Below, piece after piece: positions 16,601-24,500 of a stretch of DNA of 30,510 nucleotides. Position numbers and translations under genes: made by a program. The DNA lies in IMG/VR virus record IMGVR_UViG_3300020457_000052, positions 1 to 30,510 of that record, one strand, 5' to 3'. This stretch comes from a virus. Lineage: Duplodnaviria; Caudoviricetes. The notes under the pieces are model-generated. The model worked only from the letters and a program-made list of their open reading frames with translations, did no database searches and had not been told where the DNA came from. Numbering within the stretch: position 1 is the first letter of the stretch; each line of letters starts with the position of its first letter.

Positions 16601-17168
16601 CTTTTTCATAATATCTAACTTCTGGAAGTTCAGGAATACTTTCTTTAACTTCCTTTACCGATTTAATTATTTCATTTAATTGATCATCATAAAGAATTGG
16701 TTCAGGTACAACTGGTATTTCTGAACGAACCCTTTCAATATTTTCTTTAAGAGATGATAGGTTATTGTATAAATCAGTTGGATCAAATTGTTCAGGTATA
16801 CTATCTTCTACTTCTGTTATTTCTGCCCGTAAAACATTAATATGACCTTCATAACTAACTTGTTCAGGAATATTATCAATTCTTTCTTTTAATTCTTCAA
16901 TCCTACCAAATACTTCTGAAAGATCTGTTTTTTCGGGAATAGATTTGGATAGTATTTTTATATCCTCTCTTATCTTTGCGAGAGGATTAGGTTTTGCTTT
17001 AGGTTTTACTTCTTCAATTATTTCTTCTACTACCTCTTCCTCACCAAAAAATTTCTTTGGTGCATCAACCTTTTTATTTTTTAATCTGATTTCTTCTTTT
17101 AATTTTTCCCGAGCTAATTCTTCATCTTTTTTTCGCTCAAAGAAATCTGATGGTTTATTTAAAGACAC
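13692..17168 (-). CDS. Large modular fibre/spike protein: segmented coiled coil, foldon-like motif, beta-stack, pectin-lyase-like beta-helix
   Basis: 1158 aa, GTG start; PEVKYYD repeats (aa ~77-315); APYDGQAYVRK..W (aa 417-431); VLYVAKDGDDDNNG..AFLSIKAA..TIKVLSGRYQE beta-helix entry motif; GxGYxxxPSITI repeats. Confidence 0.8.
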   Translation of the reverse strand: MSLNKPSDFFERKKDEELAREKLKEEIRLKNKKVDAPKKFFGEEEVVEEIIEEVKPKAKPNPLAKIREDIKILSKSIPEKTDLSEVFGRIEELKERIDNIPEQVSYEGHINVLRAEITEVEDSIPEQFDPTDLYNNLSSLKENIERVRSEIPVVPEPILYDDQLNEIIKSVKEVKESIPELPEVRYYEKELNLIIDSIEEVREEIPVIPEIKYYDNQISDIENDIKLIETSISKLPKVKYYDKQIKEILESVKEVRSEIPQIPEVPEVKYYDEDISKLKDKISSVEESIPKVPEVKYYDEEIKDINKEIRGLYKKYTSIRIPDQEQYISEAKNLYSSFDKKNKSLQSKIEQLEDRFEKEVISEGLLNIPPDEDNSDPLTPLDQKFVTFEKLQENYRLFVNRVQQQLASFGGGGIEDAPYDGQAYVRKNRKWILSSAAGGGGAAGLWQSDSVGINTTSNIGVGADAVAGKRLFVSGDAEFTGNVSVGGTLTYEDVKNVDSIGVITARQDVRVGQNLSVVGLTTLGSANGIGTVHVGLGNTALYVDGDARIVGVLTVGRSSVTIDGNAETVSVGIVTITNATVNIGENVQIDSIASGINSAPNVLYVAKDGDDDNNGTSIDNAFLSIKAAVGIAQSGTTIKVLSGRYQEVNPIEVPAFVSIVGDDQRTVTVTPTNATSNIFHVRKASKLANMTFTGHLSPSSAVAFPTNEVAENVGGGKWKGPYIQNCTSDTTTGTGLYVDGDQARLLASMNVDSYTQYNQGGVGVAITNSGFAQLVSLFTICTNEAVTCDKGGQADIANSNCSFGTFGLVSRGVSDLQYTGVVTTTAEVSTAEVTVNVSTPTLNISNFVYDNISGIATVTTSSAHKFQVGMGVTLSSILLSCPFGQKTYPEKRPFVFDVDSIPSTTSFVVNVGVSTLVHTYVSGGTAKIDVDRPYDGQLVFFDRLYKSVNTISVGSGGTGYTATPSITIDAPSGPNGETATAFATLEGDSVASITIISSGSQYETTPSITISAPEVGSNTATGTANMEDLYYTINSSTPVTAGITTLSLATNLLNSVGVGSTTFFSQGSRIVASSHTFEYVGSGNQIVTATPKRGGVTNQENEVVTLDGGKVLYTSTDQAGNFRIGDDLQINQETGTISGRSFSKSLFSEMTPFILALS
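16230..16940 (-). repeat. About nine 23-30 aa repeats: IP(xxP)EVKYYD plus an amphipathic helix
   Basis: e.g. IPELPEVRYYEKEL, IPVIPEIKYYDNQI, LPKVKYYDKQI, VPEVKYYDEDI, VPEVKYYDEEI; DNA repeat tcataatattttacttcaggaactt at ~16273 and ~16354. Confidence 0.85.
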
Positions 17169-17191
17169 AGAATATTACTCATCTATTTTAA

Positions 17192-17199
17192 TATTTATT
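17192..17199 (-). promoter_or_regulatory. Late promoter AATAAATA heading the g16-g17 insert
   Basis: NATAAATA 23 nt upstream of the GTG at 17168. Confidence 0.6.
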
Positions 17200-17210
17200 T
17201 TAGTAAAAAA

Positions 17211-17630
17211 TCAGTCTTTTTGCAAATTCTGTTGTTTGATCAATTTTGCTAAATCTGCAGTAGAACCAACAAACAATGCATTGTTAGTGACATTGGTTGG
17301 AGATTTTTTATCATCTTCATTAACATCCTTCAGTTTTTTCTGAAGATCTATTAGTTTATCAGTAGCATCAGAAACACTTTTAATTAACTGACCAGCAACT
17401 TCATATGCTCTAGGCATTTCACTTTCTTGAGCTATTTCAAGAATGCCATCAATTGCCTCTTGACCTTTTTCAATTATACTATAAAGATTACCTCTTGTAT
17501 ATTCATAATCTCTAGTAATATCATCTTTAGTTAATCTATCAGGAGGTGGAGTAGTTCTCTCAATTGATTTTTTTTCTTCTATTACTTCTGGAGTAATATT
17601 AAAAGTTTTATCTAGGTTATCTTTTGGCAT
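17211..17630 (-). CDS. g16: Terminase small subunit gp16
   Basis: DYEYTRGNLYSIIEKGQEAI, PRAYEVAGQLIK, NNALFVGSTADL. Confidence 0.95.
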   Translation of the reverse strand: MPKDNLDKTFNITPEVIEEKKSIERTTPPPDRLTKDDITRDYEYTRGNLYSIIEKGQEAIDGILEIAQESEMPRAYEVAGQLIKSVSDATDKLIDLQKKLKDVNEDDKKSPTNVTNNALFVGSTADLAKLIKQQNLQKD

Positions 17631-17633
17631 GAT

Positions 17634-18638
17634 TTATAACCAACTTTCAGTGCTGCCGTCAAATCCAAAGTCATCACCAACTTCAATAGATGCATTATCA
17701 GTAGCAGTAATAGATTTAATAGGAGTTCCTTTGATATGAGAAACTGCTGTAGTAGAATCTTGTCCTCTCTTTATTATTAATTGATTACCATCTTTCGCAG
17801 TAACTTGAACTTCTTCTCCACCAATATCAAGGAATAATTTTCCATCAGATGGAATTGCAGGAATCTTAGAACCGTCATCAACTATGATATCAGTATCACC
17901 TAATGCAATATTTTCTGATAGGTTGGTAAGAACAATACCAGTGTAGTTCTTGATTGCCCTTGGAGTAACAGAGTATGTGATATCTCTTGTAGAAGATTTT
18001 GCACCACCAGCAATATATGTAACAGAAGACTTTTTGATGATATCTTTTGTTGCATCGGAAACTGGTCCGAATAGATATGTCTTTGCTGTAAATCTTAGAG
18101 TATAAAGAAGAACTCTTCTCTTATCAAAGTCTCCTTCATAATCATCTTGCATTGTAATATTTTCCAATACAATTGGTATATCTCTCTTCTCTTTTATACT
18201 TTCAACTAATTCTACAGTAACATTGTATGCTGGTTGAAAATATGGTAATATTTGTTCTGTTATTTGAAGTGCATCATCATTAACTTTACACATTATACTT
18301 AATTCAAATTGCATGTTATAAGGAACAGGCATGAATGATTTTTTAGTATCACTTCCACTAACAGGATCTTTAACAGTAAATGTTTGAGTGGTCGTTACTT
18401 TTCTTGAAGGATCGTAAGTTAAACCAGTAAATTCAAATGACATTCTTGGAAGAGTAATCGCAGTACTCTTATTCAAGTCTGGTGATTGTTCTAATCTAGC
18501 AAGAAACTTTTGAGTTGGACCATATGCCAAAGGAACCCTTATTGTTGAGTCGGTTTGTTTAACAGTAATACCATTAAACAAAGTACCAAACGCAATAATG
18601 GTTCTTCTCAGAATTTCGTTATAAAAATATTCAAACAT
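17634..18638 (-). CDS. g15: Tail sheath stabiliser / completion protein gp15, with an extra C-terminal module
   Basis: YFYNEILRRTIIAFGTLFN, VPLAYGPTQKFL, LPRMSFE, EQILPYFQP, DDYEGDF. Confidence 0.95.
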   Translation of the reverse strand: MFEYFYNEILRRTIIAFGTLFNGITVKQTDSTIRVPLAYGPTQKFLARLEQSPDLNKSTAITLPRMSFEFTGLTYDPSRKVTTTQTFTVKDPVSGSDTKKSFMPVPYNMQFELSIMCKVNDDALQITEQILPYFQPAYNVTVELVESIKEKRDIPIVLENITMQDDYEGDFDKRRVLLYTLRFTAKTYLFGPVSDATKDIIKKSSVTYIAGGAKSSTRDITYSVTPRAIKNYTGIVLTNLSENIALGDTDIIVDDGSKIPAIPSDGKLFLDIGGEEVQVTAKDGNQLIIKRGQDSTTAVSHIKGTPIKSITATDNASIEVGDDFGFDGSTESWL

Positions 18639-18657
18639 TGTTATAATCCTGGTATCT

Positions 18658-18665
18658 TATTTATG
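18658..18665 (-). promoter_or_regulatory. Late promoter CATAAATA overlapping the g14 stop
   Basis: NATAAATA 19 nt upstream of the g15 ATG. Confidence 0.6.
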
Positions 18666-20094
18666 GAGTGCCGAATGGGTTCTGTTCAGTAAAGTCTAAT
18701 ATCTTATCTGCCTCTAATTCTATATTAGTATTATCAGCAAATCCATCATCAGTAGGTTCTTCATCTACAATACGTAACGCATGTGATGCATTAGATACTG
18801 ATCCGACTATATCTTCTCCAATACTGAATGTTCCAGAGATTGAAGATACTTCAAGAAGACTTGTAGAAGAATCCCAAGTTCTAACTCTTCCTGTAGCACC
18901 ACTTACAGAACCCGTAACCGTTTCATTAAATATGTAGTTACCTGAAGAACTTAATGAAGGATCTGATATTGTTATATTTGGTATTTGAGTATATCCAGCA
19001 CCAGCATTTGTGATGTTAATTGCAGTAATAGTTCCTGCAGAACTTACAACAGCATGTGCTGTAGCAGTTGTTCCAACACCTGTTGGTCCTGTTATTGTTA
19101 CTATTGGAGATGTTGTAAATCCACCACCACCTGATGTTACAGTAATAACACCAACCAATCCATTACCAATATATGCCGTTGCTGCTGCACCTGCTCCACC
19201 ACCTCCTGTGATCTGTACTAAAGGTGCGACAGTGTACCCAGAACCTGGATTGACTAAATCTATGTTTTGAACAGATTTAGCACTTGCATTTACATTTAAA
19301 TTGCAAACCTGAATACCACCAATCATCCTAGTAGTAGCAATACCAGTTACTCCACCTGATGGTGCTGATGAGAATCCTATGGTAGGACTATTAATATATC
19401 CACCACCCCTATCAGTAATTTGTACAAACCTTATACCACCACTGGAAATTATGCTTGTTTCTGCTGATGCAGTTACACCTGTACCTACTAAAGTAAATGT
19501 TTGAGTTGGTCCTAAAATAGTTGGAGTACCATCATCTGTGGTTCCATCAAGATTATCACCAACCAATTCATTATCAATTTCATCAATACCAGTATCAATA
19601 ACTTCATCTTCGTAACGGAAGAGTTCACATCTTAATTCATAAACATATGTTTTTTGTAGTTGATAGAAAGGTTTTTCATGTTCTACATATTTAATTTCAA
19701 ATAATCTATCTCCAAGTGGAAAATATATTAAATCTCCTTCTTTTGGTCTAGTTGTTAGTTTTACATCTGCTTCATTCTTCATCAAAGGTGAAATATAATC
19801 TTCAAATCTTTCTTTAGAAATTGTAAGAGTTATTTCATTTGTCTGCTCTATTCCAAACTTTGATAATAGAGTTGGATTTTCTCCATACCCATCAAACGTA
19901 TCAACATATGCTTCTAATGGATATGCATCATCAAACTTAGATTGAACTACTTCTCTTATAATTTTATTTTCAGAAACATATTTTCTAGGCATATAATGAA
20001 TCTCAACACCATACATCCTCAACTGTTCGTTGATTAAATCCTGAACTAAATTTTGTTCAGATCTTGCTCCTTGTTGAAAGTATGGATTAAGCAC
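18661..20094 (-). CDS. g14: Neck protein gp14 with a large Gly-rich insertion
   Basis: LNPYF, EQNLVQDLINE, LSKFG, RPKEGDLIYFP, LFEIKYVEHEKPFYQL, C-terminal DFTEQNPFG. Confidence 0.93.
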   Translation of the reverse strand: MLNPYFQQGARSEQNLVQDLINEQLRMYGVEIHYMPRKYVSENKIIREVVQSKFDDAYPLEAYVDTFDGYGENPTLLSKFGIEQTNEITLTISKERFEDYISPLMKNEADVKLTTRPKEGDLIYFPLGDRLFEIKYVEHEKPFYQLQKTYVYELRCELFRYEDEVIDTGIDEIDNELVGDNLDGTTDDGTPTILGPTQTFTLVGTGVTASAETSIISSGGIRFVQITDRGGGYINSPTIGFSSAPSGGVTGIATTRMIGGIQVCNLNVNASAKSVQNIDLVNPGSGYTVAPLVQITGGGGAGAAATAYIGNGLVGVITVTSGGGGFTTSPIVTITGPTGVGTTATAHAVVSSAGTITAINITNAGAGYTQIPNITISDPSLSSSGNYIFNETVTGSVSGATGRVRTWDSSTSLLEVSSISGTFSIGEDIVGSVSNASHALRIVDEEPTDDGFADNTNIELEADKILDFTEQNPFGTP

Positions 20095-20098
20095 TATA

Positions 20099-20941
20099 TT
20101 AACCTATCATATCGAATGGTGGAATCTCATAAGTATTAGACATCATCTCTCTGATAGTTTCTAAATCTTTTTCACCATCATCGTAGATTTGCCTTCCATT
20201 TAATTCAATGCCACCTGGTAATTTAACTCCTTGGAACTTAAGTAAATTTTGACCCCACTGTTTCTTCATTAATGCTGTTGTATATTTCTTTAAGAAAGAA
20301 TCATTCCAAACTCTAGCATAATCATTAGCATCTATTGTTCTAAAACAATCGATAATCAAGTAATCACCAGGATTTATAGTTTGCCAATCAAAATCCAAAT
20401 ACAGTCTATCTTGCCTCTGATTGAACCTTATTTGCTTCTCTGTGGTCAATAAGAAGTCAATATCAGACAAATAGGTCTTTGTCATTGCATATGTTAATAA
20501 TTCAGTAGCACCCCAATAGTAAATATCATTCAAGAACAATTGGTATTTAACACTAAACATATTATTTGTTACAGTGTTAGAACCATCAAAGTGAAATATT
20601 TTAGTTACTCCAATAACTTCTGGTGGTACTTGTAAGTAATTACTATTTTCTTCATAATCAAACTGCGTTGTTGCTCCAACAGTTTTTTGTACAGTAGTGG
20701 TTGTTATGCCAGTATTACCTGATTGACCTGGTCCTTTACCTCGATCAATGTCATCTTGTGTTACTTTATATTTTAAATATACCTGTCCAACACCATCAAA
20801 ATGTCTTTCATAAAAATACTGAAGTGCATCATCAACAATATCTTCTACTTGCTCATCAGCAACGTTTATCTCCAAAACAGGAGCACCCAATTGCCTTTTG
20901 CAATAGTTGATAAATTCTTGTCTACTTGCTGGTTGTGCCAT
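20099..20941 (-). CDS. g13: Neck protein gp13
   Basis: YCKRQLGAPVLEINV, YFYERHFDG, QWGQNLLKFQGVKLPGGIELNG. Confidence 0.95.
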   Translation of the reverse strand: MAQPASRQEFINYCKRQLGAPVLEINVADEQVEDIVDDALQYFYERHFDGVGQVYLKYKVTQDDIDRGKGPGQSGNTGITTTTVQKTVGATTQFDYEENSNYLQVPPEVIGVTKIFHFDGSNTVTNNMFSVKYQLFLNDIYYWGATELLTYAMTKTYLSDIDFLLTTEKQIRFNQRQDRLYLDFDWQTINPGDYLIIDCFRTIDANDYARVWNDSFLKKYTTALMKKQWGQNLLKFQGVKLPGGIELNGRQIYDDGEKDLETIREMMSNTYEIPPFDMIG

Positions 20942-20962
20942 TTACACACTCTACCTTTTTAT

Positions 20963-20969
20963 TATTTAG
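20963..20969 (-). promoter_or_regulatory. Late promoter CTAAATA overlapping the stop of the 128-aa ORF
   Basis: 21 nt upstream of the g13 ATG. Confidence 0.6.
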
Positions 20970-21352
20970 GGTGTAGAAGAAATACCAGTATAAACTAAGA
21001 TATTTCCATTTATAATATTATAAACGGTTTGTCCTAAACCAGGACTAATCAAAACATTGTACATATATCTGCCTTCAGGAATAGATTGAGTGTTAGTAGC
21101 AGAAAGTGCCAATGTGATTGTTCCCGTAGATATTCCTGTAGTAAAGGTTGATGTGGGAACTGTAGTTGAACCTATACTTGTGCTTTTTTGCAATTGTGCC
21201 GACGCAGACCAAGCAGTAGTAAATCCATATGCAGTATTACTAGTATCCACAACAGTGAATGTAGCATCAAAGTTTGCTCCACCATAAATGGTCAAATTAG
21301 ATGCTACAGGGACACCTGCAGTGGGATCAAAAGTAATTTTTTTAGTTGCCAT
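20966..21352 (-). CDS. Small beta-sandwich structural/adaptor protein
   Basis: NLTIYGGANF...SAQLQK...ITLALSATNT..IPEGRYMYNVLI...IINGNILV; resembles fibre-attachment adaptor beta-sandwiches (recalled, unverified). Confidence 0.6.
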   Translation of the reverse strand: MATKKITFDPTAGVPVASNLTIYGGANFDATFTVVDTSNTAYGFTTAWSASAQLQKSTSIGSTTVPTSTFTTGISTGTITLALSATNTQSIPEGRYMYNVLISPGLGQTVYNIINGNILVYTGISSTP

Positions 21353-21560
21353 TTACTATCTCTCTTAATAGTGATTTGATTTCGCTTATTTCATTTTTCA
21401 TGTTAGCGAGATCCTCCTCCATATTTGATACTTTGGTGTTTTCTCTTCTTTTCACATCACGGTGTTTCATATATCTTTCATAATCATTGCTATTTGTATT
21501 AATAATAGCATTTGATTTAGGATCTCTTTTAAGATCCGAATTACCTTCTACATTAATCAT
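21342..21560 (-). CDS. Small hypothetical protein with a C-terminal coiled coil (72 aa)
   Basis: Likely start ATG 21560 in ATGA overlap with the upstream stop; MINVEGNSDLKRDPKSNAIIN...MKNEISEIKSLL. Confidence 0.75.
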   Translation of the reverse strand: MINVEGNSDLKRDPKSNAIINTNSNDYERYMKHRDVKRRENTKVSNMEEDLANMKNEISEIKSLLREIVNGN

Positions 21561-24500
21561 GCTAATGCCATCACTCTCAATCTTCTGATACGAGGGACAT
21601 GGCATTGTGATGTCGATGTCATTATAAGTTTAATTCTATAGTATCTAAATGAAGGCAATTCATCCGCAGTAAAGTTATATTCAACATAATCAAGATCTTT
21701 AGCATTTTGACCATAAGTATTTGATTTAGTAACAAAACTATCGGAGGAACCATCACTATTTTCAAAATCAATAATCTCACCTTTACTATTCAAGTTTGCA
21801 AATCCAGGAAATGGTACGAATACTGGTTCAATTCCTGCTTCAGTATTAATAGCATAGAATGCCCTAATATCAGTATTAACATTAATATGAGCATCCAATA
21901 TTATCTTTATAGAACTTGCAGAATTTTCCAATTCCATTTCTTTAGAGATATATTGTGCTGCATTAGGATCATTATCAATAGTTTTTACTAATGCGTTAGT
22001 AGCGTAATTTGTTACTGGTGTATCAACTCTATTTGAAGTTAATATCGCACTAATTCTTTCACCGTCAATTACAGGACTCAAATAACTATTAGTCGTATTG
22101 AGTGTAAACTTCATATTCAATGATTTGTTACCAGGAAGAGTTGTTAATTTATTGTCTGCATTAACTTTTGAAGCAATCAATCTTGGAGTATTTAAGTAAT
22201 TACTCTCATTAGGAACAACCGTATCAAATCCAGTATCAAGGAATGATATCTCCTTACCACCCAAACTTGTTCCAGTAACAGTTCTTACGTTAGCGTTTAT
22301 GCTAGTTTGTGGTAATGTGATATTGGATACTAAAGGTGTAATAATTTCAAAAGGTATATTCTGAGTTGCGTTTATTTTAGAACCACCAGCAGATTTAGTA
22401 TTATTAATAAAGAGTTGTGGGAATCCATTATCATTACTTCTATCATCATTAGTATCCTTATATTTTTCAGACATATTCAATTTAACATTATAAGAATCAA
22501 AGTTAATTTCATCAACTACATCGTGAGTTTTGTTAATTCTCCATAAACCAACTCCATCCAATTCATACTTGTAAACTGGTGTTCCAACTGGATAATCAAC
22601 TGAATTTGAACCCCTTACAATCTCACCACCAATTGTATTGCCGTTAGTATTCGTGTATTCAATAATTTCATCTCCTATTCTTAGAAGTCCAACATTAGTA
22701 GTTCCTACACCAACATTTTCATAGTTAGTAAAGATACCAGCATTTTCTACAGATATTGCTGCTGTAGAACCTGTAGGATATGCAGTGGCAAGTTTTGTTG
22801 GAATTAGATCTGATTCTACCTTTGATAAAGTCACTTTATTATCGGTAGAATACATACCATGATTCTTATGATTGACTTTAATAGTTAATCCATCACTTAC
22901 TTCTACAACAGAGGATATCTGAACATCTCCTCCATTTGCATTATTCAATATGGTAGTAATACCAGCGTTATTAATGAAACTCAAAGTATTCGCTGAACCT
23001 ACAACAAAGTTACCTTCAACATTATTTAAAATTAATTCAGAAGTGCTTCCAATAGATGTAATAGTCATCTTAGCATTTCTTCCTATAGAGTTAGCACCTA
23101 TAGTTGATATTCCTACCACATCACCTATTTGATATCCACTTCCACCATTAGAAATGGTTGCTCCCGATGCAACAATTGAACCACCGTTTATAGTGATATC
23201 TGCAGTTCCATTTCTTCCATTACCAGTAAGAGTTACTAAGTTAACTCCAGTAAAAGTAAACTGACCAGATCCAGGTGTGTATCCTATACCAGTATTTGTA
23301 ATATTAAGACCACCCGCAGTTCCAGCAGAACCAACAAAATCACCAGTTGCTTGAGTTCCACCTTGAACAATAGTATTTCCTGCTAGTAAACCTACATCAC
23401 CAACTGTTGTACCAAGACCAACTCTAATTTCCTTAGAAACAAGTTCTAAAGAATCTGGCATTAATTCAGCAATCTGTTTATTTCCAATATCTAATTGTGG
23501 ATTATAAACATCAAATGAACCACTTTCTATAAAGTCTGCTCTGTAAAGAATAAATTTAAGATCTTCCCATTGACTTGGTTCCCATGTAGAAGCATTTTGA
23601 GACTTGAATAAACTTCCAAGTATTGGTTGGTTAGAAACATACGTATCATTAGTAACATCATTCTCACCAACTCTAGAAATATAAACACTGTATTTTGCTG
23701 ATTGAGAAAGCATCACCATAGCATACTCTCTTCCAGCCTCAAGGTAAACAGGTGCTTTAAATTGGAAAGATGTAGCTTGTGTGGAATCTGAGGATAATAC
23801 TACATCTTCTGGATCCAAAACAACTTCTGTCAGTGGAACTACATTTTGTGTAGGAACTCCATTATCCATAGTTCTAATAGAGAATTGGACTGGAATGCCC
23901 ATGTCATCTTTTGTTCTAAAGAAGACATCACATCTAGTTAAAAATACACCATCAGGACTATCAATAAAGAATGATTGTGCTAATGGATCTGGTCCGTTAT
24001 TCCATCTAGCAATCTCTACATCATTTTGTGTAGTATTTAAAACAGCAGTTATAGTGTCATTGTCCGTTACTTCATTAATTCTAATTGTTGCATTTCTAGT
24101 TGATATAATATCCTCTCTCACAGTTTCAAGAGTTCCTGTTGCCCTGTAATCCTGTTCTGCACTTGTAATTGCATCTTTAGCATTACTAGGATCACCTGAT
24201 AATCTAAACAATGATGTACCAGTCTCAAAACTTGGGAAAGTAGTATTGTTTGGATTAGGAATAAAGAATGAACCTATAAGAGAACCATTCAGGGTAGAAA
24301 TCAGTCTAAGGTCACTAATAGATGCCTGAGCACCGCTAGATTGCCCTGTAAGAAGCATTCCTGATGCAACCCACCCATAGAACTGACTTTGACTTATATC
24401 CGCTAAACCAGCAATATCTAAATTCAATAAGGTTGATGTAGATGTATAAGTTGCAGGAATAGATCCCTGTGTATAAGGATCTTCAGTATATGTACTTACA

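Noticed and set aside
13692-17168. Diversity-generating retroelement target in the fibre gene
   Set aside because: No reverse transcriptase and no template/variable repeat pair differing at adenines noticed in this window.
17159-17182. ATG 14 nt upstream of the fibre GTG start (MSNILCL*)
   Set aside because: Out of frame and only 7 codons; no evidence of function.
21561-21605. 49-nt overlap implied by the 87-aa ORF call
   Set aside because: The ATG at 21560 in ATGA overlap is the more parsimonious start.
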